Under the pieces are notes generated by a model. The model searched no databases. It was not told where the DNA came from and worked only from the letters and a program-made list of their open reading frames with translations. A stretch of 63,703 nt of DNA, the filler included, from Nemertoderma westbladi (lineage: Eukaryota; Animalia; Xenacoelomorpha): the NCBI GenBank assembly GCA_032718475.1. It is 4 parts of 4 records of this genome, joined end to end, with 100 filler letters (N's around TTAATTAATTAA, not from the genome) between each part and the next. Parts side by side here need not be neighbours in the genome. Positions count along the whole stretch, not along the records: positions 24,174 to 48,440 come from JAUCBJ010002466.1; positions 48,541 to 59,074 come from JAUCBJ010005112.1; 2 more parts are not named here. One strand, 5' to 3'. This document shows, piece after piece, positions 37,901 through 49,205 of this stretch. Numbering within the stretch: the first letter of the stretch is position 1; every line of letters begins with the position of its first letter. Both the position numbers and the translations under genes were made by a program.

Positions 37901-40220
37901 ACAAGCACCGTAGGAGCGAAGAAAAGGGGAACGGTACTACTTGGGGTAGTACCAGTGAGGGTAATATGAGAAGGCAGTCGATCAGTTACCACGTTGATGC
38001 TGGTCGACAGCAGAGCAGCCTTCACATTGGTGGAGAATTGGGTGGCCGAGGAGATAGGGTTACAGACGAGGCCAAGCAGGATGGTGGTAACTACCATCTC
38101 CAGCAAGGATGCGGTCCTGGAGATGAGGACGGGAAGGTGCGAGATATCAGCAATAGCACCGGGATATGACTATGGGGCGACCATCGACCCCATCCAGGAG
38201 GTAATAGAATCGATCAACATAAATGCCAGGTGACCAACTAACATCAAGGTCGAGCAATACAGCTTCCTGGACGAAATCAATTTTTCGATAGCGGAAGTGG
38301 ACGTCCGGAAGGTATCCATCATAGTGGGAATGAACTGCCCAACGGCCCACGAGAGAGTACAGACGATCTTCGGGGAGGACAGACAGTGTGATCTGATGGC
38401 AGTTCTCACACCATTCGGATGGACACTGGGCGGCCCAATCAAAACCAAAATTCAATTTAGGATGTCAGAGACATCGGGGTGCATGTTTGCATGAACAATG
38501 AGAGAGATGGAGTATGAAGGAGCGGAGGAGCAGCTGCAGAGGCTGTTAAGACAGGACTTTGAAGGACTGAAGGAGACTGGGGTCGGAACCTCGGTAGAGG
38601 ATAAGCAGGCAATAGAGAGTGTGAAGGAGTCGATGAGGTGCGACGAGGGACGGTACACTATAGGCATGGTGTGGAAACAACCGAAATTACCGTTGCCTGG
38701 CAATAAGGGGATGGTACTCACGAGGCTTCACAAACTGAAGCAAACGCTTAAATGGAGCCCCGAGAAGGATGAGTACATACATAGGACAATAAAGAAGTAC
38801 GTCGAGAAGGGATGGGCCTTGGAGTTGTCGGCCGATGAACCGGACACAGACCTACTACCTGCCACTTCATGTGTCTTTAGACCCAAAGAAGGGTAAACTG
38901 CGGATGGTGGTTGACGCATCAGCTAAAACCAATGGCAAGAGCCTAAACGACTATCTGCTGGAGGGCCCCAATATCTACAACTCGGGGATAGAGGTCTTGC
39001 TGAGATTTAGAAATGGGAGGCACGCCTTCACGTGCGACATCGAAGGCATGTTCAACCAAGTCCGTGTGACGGAAGAGGACAGCGTCAGTCAGCGCTTCCT
39101 ATGGTACAATGGCGACAAGGAACCGTCAGCAATACCAATGTACAAAATGGTGGTGCAGAACATGGGGGCCAAGTTGTCCTCATATACGACGAGCATGGCT
39201 GTTAGAGATACGGTAGAGGGGAAAGAGGGAAAGTACAGTGCCAGAGCGATCAACATGATTCGATGCGGCTTCTATGTAGACGATGGGATGGAATCTGAAA
39301 ATATGGTTGAAGAATTACTGGAGACAGGGCGCGAGGTTCGCGACATCCTGAAAGGATCCAAATTTAACCTGACTAAGTTCCTGTCCAGCTCAGAGGAGTT
39401 TATGAGAGCCATAGAGGACAGACGGCCAGAGTCGACCATGGACAACCCCACAACAGCCATGGGACAGGACATGGCGAACAAGAGAGTTGAGTCCCAGCAG
39501 AAGGCGCTGGGGATCGTATGGAACCAGGAGACGGACGAGTTCAAGTATCAACTGAGCCAGGAGGGCATAGAGATCCACACAAAGCGAGGCTATGTGTCGT
39601 ACATAGCAAGGATATACGATCCACATTGTTAGTCATGGGGAAGCAGATACTAAAGAAAGTATACAAGTTGAAGGATGAGTGGGATACGGAGGTCCCGGAA
39701 GAAATAAGCAAGCAATGGAGTAAGTGGACGGGGAGTTTAGAACAGCTAGGGATGTACAGCATGCCACGCGTGTATTTCCCGGATGGGGACATGACGGATC
39801 TGGACCTACACATGTTCTCCAATGCATCATTGGAAGCATACGGAACGGCACTCTACCTGGTACAGCAAAAGGGGGGTCATAAGCCCAGACTTGCATTCAG
39901 TAAAGCAAAGTCGACGCCACCAGATTCAGCGTCAGTCTTGAAACTTGAGTTGACAGCTGCGAGATTAGGAGTAAGGGCCACAGCCTACTTGATGGACACT
40001 ATACCCAACATAGTGGAGACACACTACTGGACGGACTCTATGGTAGTGTTGGGTTGGCTACATAATGAGAAGACGAGATACCCTATATTCGTCGCGAATA
40101 GGGTAGATGAAATGAGGGTGACGACTGACTTAGAAAGGTGGCATTATTGCCCTACCGACGACAACCCAGCAGACTTGTTATCTAGGGGCGTGGCACGCCA
40201 TACTTTCTCGAAGAAGGAAG
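33766..40220 (+). pseudogene. BEL/Pao gag-pol (gag, zinc knuckles, protease, RT, RNase H), many frameshifts
   Basis: LP.WLQNKW, CQLH..H..C, CHRC...GH...C, LLGVVPV, LVDSRA, TPFGWTLGG, KLRMVVDAS, DIEGMFNQV, FYVDD, LHMFSNAS, NPADLLSRG. Confidence 0.9.
36805..37100 (-). mobile_element. RTE-like LINE RT fragment inside BEL gag
   Basis: LTDLDFADDL...AQRLL...VGLFINSRKTK...VDDFCYL. Confidence 0.85.
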
Positions 40221-42534
40221 TATTGTGACAACACTGTTCGGGACCTATGGGACACCGTCGCTAGACAACGCAATCCTCGAGCATTTCCACTACGTAGTGA
40301 AAGGAGACGAGGCGAAGTTCGGGATAGTGAAGTATCCGAGGGAACCACCGAGAAAGGACTGGAGGAGGTATGTAGAGTCCGTAAATAAGGGAGGATACAT
40401 GGTCCTAGACAATGAAGGGACTGTGGAAGACGACAAGTGTTTGAGAAGAGGGTCGGCGGGGCGGCCAGAACCATACTACTGCATTTGGCTGCGCCAAATG
40501 GAGACATATTCCTATTCGATCTAGGAATGTATGGGAAGAAGAGCGGGCCGACATTAAACCGGTTGCCATGGGTGGTGCAGAACCTAGTAAGGGATAAGTC
40601 GACGATGAAGGTGGGATCAGCGATCCGCAACGATGCGGAGAGGATCGTCGGACCGGAGACCCCCAACCTCCTGGACATGCAAGCGGTCTACAGGGCCAGG
40701 CGGATTGGGATTAGTAGAGAAGACAGGACATTGCGGAGCAGTGGCGATGGGCCAGCTCATGGGGCTTGTCTGCCACAAGCCGATGGACTGGGGTAAATTC
40801 AGGGAGGAGTACGGAGTGGAGATGGCGGACTCGCTGAAGTGGGGAGCGAGGCCAGGGAAACAGGAGGTGTATCAGTTCCAGAGAGGAGCAATAAAGATAT
40901 ATCAGAAGCGATATATCCTACAGGAGGATTGGATAATGATAGGTTTGCTAAACCTATTCATGGCCGTGGTTATCGGAAGAGAGCCAACGGCGTTTCTGCT
41001 ATCAGGATCACCCCTGAACTATAGAAGAGCCTTCAAGGTGGCATTCGAAGGTCTGGCAGACCATCCGGGGCTGAAGGGCGAGTCGGTATACTACAACTGC
41101 CGGCATCTAGTAGACAGGGAGGTGGATACACCATATCAGAGGTGGGAGAAGCTGGAGGCATATAGACTGGAGGAGAAGCGACTGGAAGAAGTCGCCAGAC
41201 GAGAAAGGAGGGAGGCAGACAAAAGAGAGGCAGAAGGCTGGGGCTAAGTTTCTGGGGGAGGAGCTAGGATGGACGGAAGAATCGCCGAAACAGTCGATAT
41301 CAGGATTGCAAGCGATGCCCATGCCAGTGGGCTCTGAGGGCGATTTCGTGAGGAAGAGACCGAGAGAACAGGAAGGATGGAAAGTTACGGGCAAAAGCCA
41401 AGTTGGGAAGGGACACAGTGGGTCTGCTGGGATACCGGGTTTGGATCCACTCCCAGTGGGGGATGAGGATGACGACGAGTTCGGGGAGATGCTGCCCATC
41501 GAAAGGATCGGCCACTCAGACACGGACTGGGTTGGTGGGAGAGTGGTGACGGCCAGTGGGACGAGGGCCTTCTGGGATAAACACAGCAAGCGGACCTGGG
41601 TGCACGAGGAGCCGGTGATGGATTTCGCGGGGAGCACCATCAGGTTGGGCGAGCAACCGGGAACGGCACCACGGTTAGTGTTTGGAGAGACGATGCCGAG
41701 GCGAGACAAGGATGTAGACATGGACAGAGATGTTAACGTCCAGAAGTTTGCTTACCACGGCTCCATAGACATAGGAGACTGCTTGGGGCAAAAGACGACT
41801 TGGGGCGGGATGTGTTGATACATGGCTGCGATTACTGCAGGAGGCTGACTCACCAGGAAAAGAGCTGTTTGTATCGATTCCAGAGGGGGACGAGTTGCCT
41901 CTACTGCCGCGAGTCGAGTCATATGATGGGAGCGTGTCCAAGGTTGCACAACCGCTGCTCTAAGTTTAACTTCCGAGGGCACTATGGGCGCCAGTGCGAC
42001 TGGATGGACGACGAGGAGAAGTTTAAGATCTTCGAGGAGTGGGCTGACGTCGGTGTTATGACGCGACAGAGAATGAAGGCCCAGGAGTTCCAGTGGGGTT
42101 TCTTCAACATCAATCAGGAGGCCCATCTGGAAATTATTAAGAGGAGACTTCCGTTTACATACCAAGAGGTAGCGACGGCGACATCGTATGGTGGGGTCAT
42201 CAACACGCAGAAGTATTTGGATAGATGGGCGCCGGATAACAGAGGAGAGTTTAGAGATTTCCTGGCAGAGCATGTGCCGCGAACCATGAAGATGATCTTG
42301 TGGGACGCTACCAGGGGGAAACAGGAGGGGCATTCGGAAGGGCCACCTGCGAAGCGTTACCGAGAGCTAATAACACCAGCGCCCAAAGAATCGACCATGG
42401 GAATCAGTAAGGCAGTAATGGCGAGAATGAGGAGTCTCAAAGAAGACAAGCCAGAGGGAAGGAAGCGACCCAGACAGGACGACAATAAAGGGAAGGAACT
42501 GAGATGGTTCCCGAAGACAGGAGGAGCGAACTAG
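40197..42534 (+). pseudogene. Accessory ORF: DEDDy 3'-5' exonuclease-like domain plus three CCHC zinc knuckles
   Basis: ExoI MVLDNEG (40399-40419), LLHLAAPNGDIFLFDL, LPWVVQNLVRDKSTMKVGSAIRND (ExoII D at 40632), LLDMQ, ExoIII-like YQKRYILQED. Knuckles CDYC-x4-H-x4-C, CLYC-x4-H-x4-C and a degenerate CSKF-x4-H-x4-C. About four frameshifts. Confidence 0.72.
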
Positions 42535-44021
42535 GACTCAGAGGGGGAGATGTGGGGATGCCTGCAAGGCACCACATGTGAAGTAATACAAACTCCTAAG
42601 TGCAAATTTAATAAAGTGCAATTAGTATGTACGTATGTAATAATCAATAGAATATAATTAGAATCAATATAATCAAGGTAAGTACTATAGTCATATAACC
42701 TTTTCCAACTAGCTACTGGGACTGGGGACCAATTGACTATGTTAGGAGGACAGGGCAGTAGACGAATCACACTTCTTGAGTGCGATGGCACAAAAGGGGA
42801 TGGTGAAGCTCGTCAGGAGTGAGTGGAGTGAAATAAATGTGGGTTGAGTATAGGAACATGGGGGATGAACGGAGAGGAGGTGTTGACGTGCACAGAATGT
42901 AGACGTGTGCAATTTAAATGCGGGGAGCGAGCAGTAAGGGAGAGAGTAAGGGACGATAGAGTCCATAGAATATAGAGTAGAATGAAGTTAGAGTGAGTTC
43001 AGAGTGAGGTGGTATAAAATTGTGTGAAAGGAGTCCACAATTGTCTCAAACACAGACGTCAGATGTCTTGGTGCAACATAGGTTGCGATTGCACCAAGAA
43101 GGGGTAGCAATATCATACCCAGGGGGGGCGGCCTGGAAAGCCAACTCCGAGAAAAGAACTCCACCCCACACCCGATAGTAGTTCGGGTTCCAGCGGAATT
43201 GAAGCGCACTTGAGGTTGATGCTATCTTCTCACCGGGAAGATAGCATGGGCGGGAGTGTAAGCGGATTCAATTCCACTTCATTACCCACCACAAAATGGG
43301 ATAGTGGCATTTGAGCAATATGTTGGAGATACGAGATTACCAATATTAATCTCGTATCACAACCAACATTTGAGGGGGGGGGGGGTGGGCAACACAAGTA
43401 ATCAAAGGAGCTCGAACGAGCTCGTGTATTATTTGCATAATGGGATACCACAAAATTTAATTATAAAATCATTGCACCAGTGAACGTTTGTTCGTAATTT
43501 TTGTTTTGTTCTGATGTAATATGGTTTTAGGGGGTGCGTTATTCGTTTTATTTTCTGTTCAAAAAAAAGGAGAGAAAGCAGTAGCATAGCTAGTTTTGCC
43601 TCTTACCTTCTTTTTTCTCAGAGAATCGTGATGTGGTACACCGGTTGGGTTATTATGGTGATGTCGGCCAGTGATCCTGAGTATATTCTGCGATGCCATA
43701 TATCAGTGCAATTTTTCTAATAATAGTAACTGTATTGTAATGTGCCGAAATTTCAGTTTTAAATTTTAATTTAAGTTTATTTTTCTAATAATAGTAACTG
43801 TATTGTATTGTGCCGAAATTGCAATTTTAATTTTATTTTAAATTTCGTTTACGGTGTAAATAAAAAAGAAAAAAAAAAAAAAATGTTAGTTCATATATTA
43901 TTTAGTCATGATGCAAATAGCGTTGACGATGACGATGGAGTGATAGCATTACGAAGTTACGAAATTTAGGATAATTTTTATTTATTTTATAATTTAATAG
44001 TGATACGCAACTATATTGGAA

Positions 44022-44295
44022 TTAAAGTTCACTTAACATATGAAGTTTTAATTTTCTAGCTAGTGTGTTTTTTGATTTGCACATTTTAAATTCTGTTTTT
44101 AGTGAGTTCCATATGATTGCACCGCTGTATTTTAGAGAGTTTTGGGTTGATATTAGTCTGGTACGTGGAATAAAGTAGTTTTTGGATGTAGTGGATCGAG
44201 TTGTATAATTGTGTATTGTATATCTGAAGTTTGTGTAAATAGGGCCGTTATAAATTGCTTTTTTTTGTTATTGTAAATGTCCCACATCGCAAGAA
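44022..44295 (-). pseudogene. C-terminal remnant of CR1/L2-like ORF2
   Basis: MWDIYNN...HNYTTRS..NYFIPRTR...SLKYSGAIIWNSL...KLKLHML*. Confidence 0.75.
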
Positions 44296-44819
44296 ATCGC
44301 AAGATATAGCCTGGCCACTGGATGGCATCAATGGTATAAATATTTATAAATCAAAAAAATGGAGGGACACAAATAAACGTTCAAGTTCAGTACTGTAGGT
44401 GAAGGCTGTGTGCAACTAGAGTTAAGCTACACCAAGCACAATCTCTGACAATGAGACCCAATAATGAGTAGATAAGACACAACAGTATATTCGGGTTTTG
44501 GTATGGAGCAGCCGTATAATGTTATAAGACTTAAAGTAACTTAGCTTAATTCAGGTAGTTGAGTTTCCGTATTAAACATAACCCAAATATAATGTTATAT
44601 ATATAACATTATTATATAATAATATATGCAAATATAGTGTTACCGTAATAAATAACGCCGTCAAGTTACCGTATTAAACAATAAACATAGCGCAAGAGAA
44701 TAAGTTTAACGTAATAAATATAGCTGTAATAAGTATAGCTATTGAGATTCCATAATGTATATAGTCAAAATAATTAATTATTATAGTGAGTATATTATCT
44801 TTTAGACACATAGTGAAGT

Positions 44820-45060
44820 GATATTACCTTCAGAACTGCGTAATTATTTCGCTTCCAAGATCTTTTAAAAAAAGAAAATATATGGATATTACCTTCAGAA
44901 CTACGTAATTATTTCGCTTCCGATATCTTTAAAAAAAATATATATGGATATTACTTTCAGAATTACGTAATTATCTCGCTTTCAATATCTTTAAAAAAGA
45001 ATATATGATATTCTAGGGATGTCCTGGAATTTTTCAGAACTACGTAATTATCTCGCTTTA
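44820..45060. repeat. ~63-bp tandem repeat, about 3.5 copies
   Basis: GATATTACCTTCAGAACTACGTAATTATTTCGCTTC..ATCTTTAAAAAA units. Confidence 0.85.
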
Positions 45061-45263
45061 CATGTTATATTAAAACCTTAAATTGGTGAGGATATTCCTA
45101 AATTCGTCGATTTCAATAAGGAACTAACTAATTTGATATATTCTTCGAAAATTATAGCATGAGTTCGGTACCGGTACCGGCCCGGTAGGGTAAACCTATA
45201 TAAAATCAATCATATGTTGTACAGTAAGTTAGCCAGTGAAGGCATGGCAACTTTTTAAATGTT

Positions 45264-45983
45264 TCAAACCTCATTGCAAAGTTTCGTGAGGTCTCCCATT
45301 GATAGTAAGCGGCGTATGGGGCTATCTTTACCGACCTTTATCATTATGTCTCCGTTGTAGGAATACGCAGAGTGGATACGATTTGTTTTCTTCAATTTTA
45401 GGGCAGCGTTTAGGATCTCGGCTCTGGGTTTAGTTAGGTGCTCGGAAATGAATATATCCTTGGGTAGTAGCGATCGGTTTTGGAGCGCGACAATACGTGT
45501 ACTATGCCCAAAGAAACGGATTATAAGAGGGCGGATTCTACCTGGGGCCTGTTTGTTCCTAACGCCGAGACGATGAAATACATCTACTGAGTTTATATCG
45601 ACCGAAATAGTGGATAGTAAAGAGATCAGATTATGGCGTTCTTCGTCTGCGTTTCTCTGTTCAGGAATTCCACGTATTAGAATATTATGTCGACGTATGT
45701 ATTGCTGTATTCCGTCTTGCTCGGATTCAAGCGCGATACGTCCTGTTGTTGTAAGGTTGTTGTCACTAATTATATCTTTAAGTTTTTCTACGTCCATAGT
45801 GAGAGACTCATTGGTAGACATAGTGTTGTCTAGCGCATTTTCTAGGGATTGTACCTTATTAGTAAGTGCAGCAATTAGTGCAGTTTCGGAGCTAACCTTT
45901 TTGAGATCGCCTCGGATCTCGTTCAGTGCGGCGATTATTTGCGGACCGACATTATTCCACGTCCCGGTTGGTATCGTTGTCAT
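45264..45983 (-). CDS. Non-LTR retrotransposon ORF1 (coiled coil, RRM-like region, CTD)
   Basis: QQYIRRHNILIRGIPE, DVFHRLG, RPLIIRF, IFISEHLTKPR. Homologous to 62955-63580. Confidence 0.85.
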   Translation of the reverse strand: MTTIPTGTWNNVGPQIIAALNEIRGDLKKVSSETALIAALTNKVQSLENALDNTMSTNESLTMDVEKLKDIISDNNLTTTGRIALESEQDGIQQYIRRHNILIRGIPEQRNADEERHNLISLLSTISVDINSVDVFHRLGVRNKQAPGRIRPLIIRFFGHSTRIVALQNRSLLPKDIFISEHLTKPRAEILNAALKLKKTNRIHSAYSYNGDIMIKVGKDSPIRRLLSMGDLTKLCNEV

Positions 45984-46154
45984 GGTCGCTATAAGTTCGA
46001 TTATATGTCAAGTGGCGGTGTGGTTTATAGCTGTCGTTTTGATGTTGCCGATACCGCAATACCGTTGATAATTTGGTTAGATAGATAGGGTCACACTGCC
46101 AGACTGCCTAGGCGCAGCAGTACATTAGTAAGCACACATCAGTACCACAGTCCT

Positions 46155-47382
46155 CAAGCCCCGGAGTCACATAGAAAGGAAGGTTAGAGGTCAAACCACC
46201 TCGGAGGGAACACAGCTAGTAGAGGCTAGCAGCAGAGGGGAAACACTCCCAGAGAGTGCCAAGGTGACAAGTAGCATATTAGCCAATAGAGGGGAGGGAA
46301 GCACGTGATAGGGAACAGGAAAGCATCCATTGGGTAGGGGGCCAAGGTAGAGTAGGAGGTGAAGCAATATTAGTGTATCAATCATATATTATGTCAGATT
46401 CTTGGATTGGTACATCAGTTGGTTATTCAGTTATATTATACACTTCTTACATGCTAGAACAAATAATTTATTTATAGTGTTTCAACTATCTTGTGTAATT
46501 GCATAGTTGTGCATTGAAAATACACTTCTTACTTGCAATTTCTTGTCTGCTTTCATCAATAATATCAAATAATAAATAAATAATGAATACCAAATACGTG
46601 AAGTGCTGTACGTTAGCTAGTTCTAATAATTATCTCCTTATATTAGGAGGTCAGGTCAGGTATTCTAGGTCATTGATCAAGAAAACTTGCCACCTCCATG
46701 CAGCATAAAGGAGGTGCCACCTGTAGCTGCATAGACCCTCTTACTAGGGCAAATCTGGTCCTGTAACTAGGACCTCCTTCGTTCTGGGATAAGGACGCCC
46801 TTGGTCCTGGATTAAGGACCCATATACTTGGCTGCAGGGGTATATGGCCTGGCCAGGCAGATAGTGATCTACCAATGGCTGGTCAGGAGTAGAGTGTTCT
46901 CATGTCCACTGTGAGTGCACTTCACTGTGAACACAGCTAGTAGAGGCTAGCAGCAGAGGGGAAACACTCCCAGAGAGTGCCAAGGTGACAAGTAGCATAT
47001 TAGCCAATAGAGGGGAGGGAAGCACGTGATAGGGAACAGGAAAGCATCCATTGGGTAGGGGGGCAAGGTAGAGTAGGAGGTGAAGCAATATTAGTGTATC
47101 AATCATATATTATGTCAGATTCTTGGATTGGTACATCAGTTGGTTATTCAGTTTAGTGCAGACTGGTAACAATTATTCACCGTCATCGGCACTATCGTAC
47201 CGGTATCTATTATATCTGTATTTCTGCCGTATTAATTGTGATATCATTTCTAACATCGAGAAACAACATCAAACTCTTATTGTTTTTCTCCAACGGCCTC
47301 GGCCAAGCTGTTAGCACCATCCCAGAACAGAACGGTGACGCGTATAACAATTTACCCGGTCGGGATCTCTGATCCCGTCACA
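46155..47382 (+). repeat. Remaining LTR pieces of the BEL #2 family with an internal 225-bp duplication
   Basis: 46208-46432 is nearly identical to 46929-47153; the second copy runs on to ...ATCCCGTCACA, like the 5' LTR end. Confidence 0.85.
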
Positions 47383-48766
47383 TCAATTGACTTTGAACAA
47401 ACTGCGAAATGGGCTCGTTTGGGTTGATTGATAGTAGTACAACTCTGGTTAACAACAGCTGTGGTTTGGATGGCCTTCTTTTACATATACGCTCCATTCT
47501 AAGCAGCAGTCAAACTCTGTTCTATAAATTGCGGCGATATACATACTAGCATACCACCAACACCCAGGAACACAATGGGAGTTATATGCAGTCAATAGCA
47601 AACACTGGCCAGTGCCCAGTCCCAATGATAGTGTACCTGTTCAGAGAGAGGTGCTTTCTTTCCTTCTATGGAATTAGAAGGAATCCTTATATTCCTTCCA
47701 CCACATTATGTACCACATTGCTAAGCTAACTTGATCACGTATTTTCATGTGGTCGCTAATATCTTTCAACTAAACTTGATAAAGTCTTATTTATGTAGGG
47801 ATGCCATATAAAATAACTTAAATAAATATAATAAATCCAGTATAGAAGTGAGAAAAGTTATATTATTTCTTAAACAAATTAATTATTAGTAATATACCGG
47901 CAATACAAACAAGATCGTTATTATTTCTATATTACAAATCGTGATGAAATTTATTGTATGCTATAAAAAATAGTATTTCTGTGTTTTTAATTAATTTTTT
48001 ATTTTATTTATTTATTTGATTCGCTTTTAATGTCACAGTTTTTATAATTTAATTTTAAAGTGTGAACTAATAATGTAATTTTAATCGAGTTCAGGATATT
48101 AAATGAAAGTAAATACGTTTCTTGTTTACTAATAATGTAAATTAATACATTTTTTGTTTATAACCGCGCCCTTTACATGAATTATGGTTTATTAGGAAAA
48201 CATGTAAAACATTATACATTATAAAGGCACAGGTGGAAGGAAGATTAGAGTAGCAGCAGTGCACATAACATAGTTAGCTAGCAGAACCAGCAAGAAAGCG
48301 CCCTTTTTTTTAGACGCACAGCCCACCCACCACTCACATATCAGAGTACTTCCCATTGAATGATTTTGATTGATTTAATTGTATAACGGTAGTTGGCTAG
48401 CTTTGATGAGCGCCGCTGTCCCATAGGGCTAATGTAAAAANNNNNNNNNNNNNNNNNNNNNNNNNNNNNNNNNNNNNNNNNNNNTTAATTAATTAANNNN
48501 NNNNNNNNNNNNNNNNNNNNNNNNNNNNNNNNNNNNNNNNTGGCACACGAAGTCATTTTATGTTATGTTCAATGGTGTGATGGAATATAGCTTCTTCGTC
48601 TGTTATTTAAATTTATTACTGTTAGAAGGCATACATTTTAAATTCATATTGTAGCACCGGAACTGCCTGACTTTTGCTGTATTGCAATATATTACAGAAT
48701 TCAGTTATCCGTATTAGTGCTTCTTTGGTAATTTTACTGAAATAGGCCTAACAGAAGTAATTAAAA

Positions 48767-49205
48767 TGACAAGTTTCAGTGCAATCTTCGAAGAAAAATG
48801 TGAGGTTGACAGGATCATAGATGTTACTTTTAGAGAGGGTCGTGATTCTGTGGCATAATCAAACTGAACTCAAACCAAAACGGCACTTTTGAGGGCCAAC
48901 ATCCTTTGCCACTATCGAGGAGCTCCCCGTGCTGCAAAGGGGAAGCATGGCTGTAAAGCTGATGACTAACGCTGGATAAATTATATTTTTTAAATTGTGA
49001 TTAAATAAAAAATAACGAAAATAAGATAGGTTAAAGAATAGCCTATACAATTTTTATACTTTTGTATTGGACCCTAAATTTTTGCATGCAAGCTCAGAAT
49101 TAAATTATCTTTCGAATGGTATATCACACTAAGGTGCATGTCTGACAGTTTTGGCTGGCTAAGGGGGGGGGGGGGGGGGGGGGGCAATCATTATGGAACA
49201 CCCGG
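48767..49205 (+). mobile_element. Deleted Tc1/mariner-like element (right part)
   Basis: Remnant MTSFSAIFEEKCEVDRIIDVTFREGRD resembles a Tc1-like transposase N-terminus. Terminus ...GGAACACCCGG|TA. The left end is not seen (gap nearby). Confidence 0.5.

Larger units (their letters stand above)
33055..43398 (+). mobile_element. BEL/Pao LTR retrotransposon #2, integrase-less, with accessory exonuclease ORF
   Basis: 5' LTR 33055-33709 (TGTAAG...GTCACA); purine tract GGGCGGGAG followed by a homologous 3' LTR start at 43257; gag-PR-RT-RH motifs in between. Confidence 0.88.
43399..46154 (-). mobile_element. Internally deleted CR1/L2-like LINE (ORF1 intact, ORF2 almost absent) inserted in the BEL 3' LTR
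   Basis: Flanked by CAAG at 43395-43398 and 46155-46158, where LTR homology stops and resumes. Contains ORF1 and the ORF2 C-terminus. Confidence 0.7.

Noticed and set aside
46191-47106. Two near-identical hydrophobic 64-68 aa ORFs
   Set aside because: Antisense translation of the duplicated LTR segment.
47390-47640. Candidate last exon of the VLIG gene
   Set aside because: Minus-strand frames have stops and no recognisable VLIG C-terminal motif.
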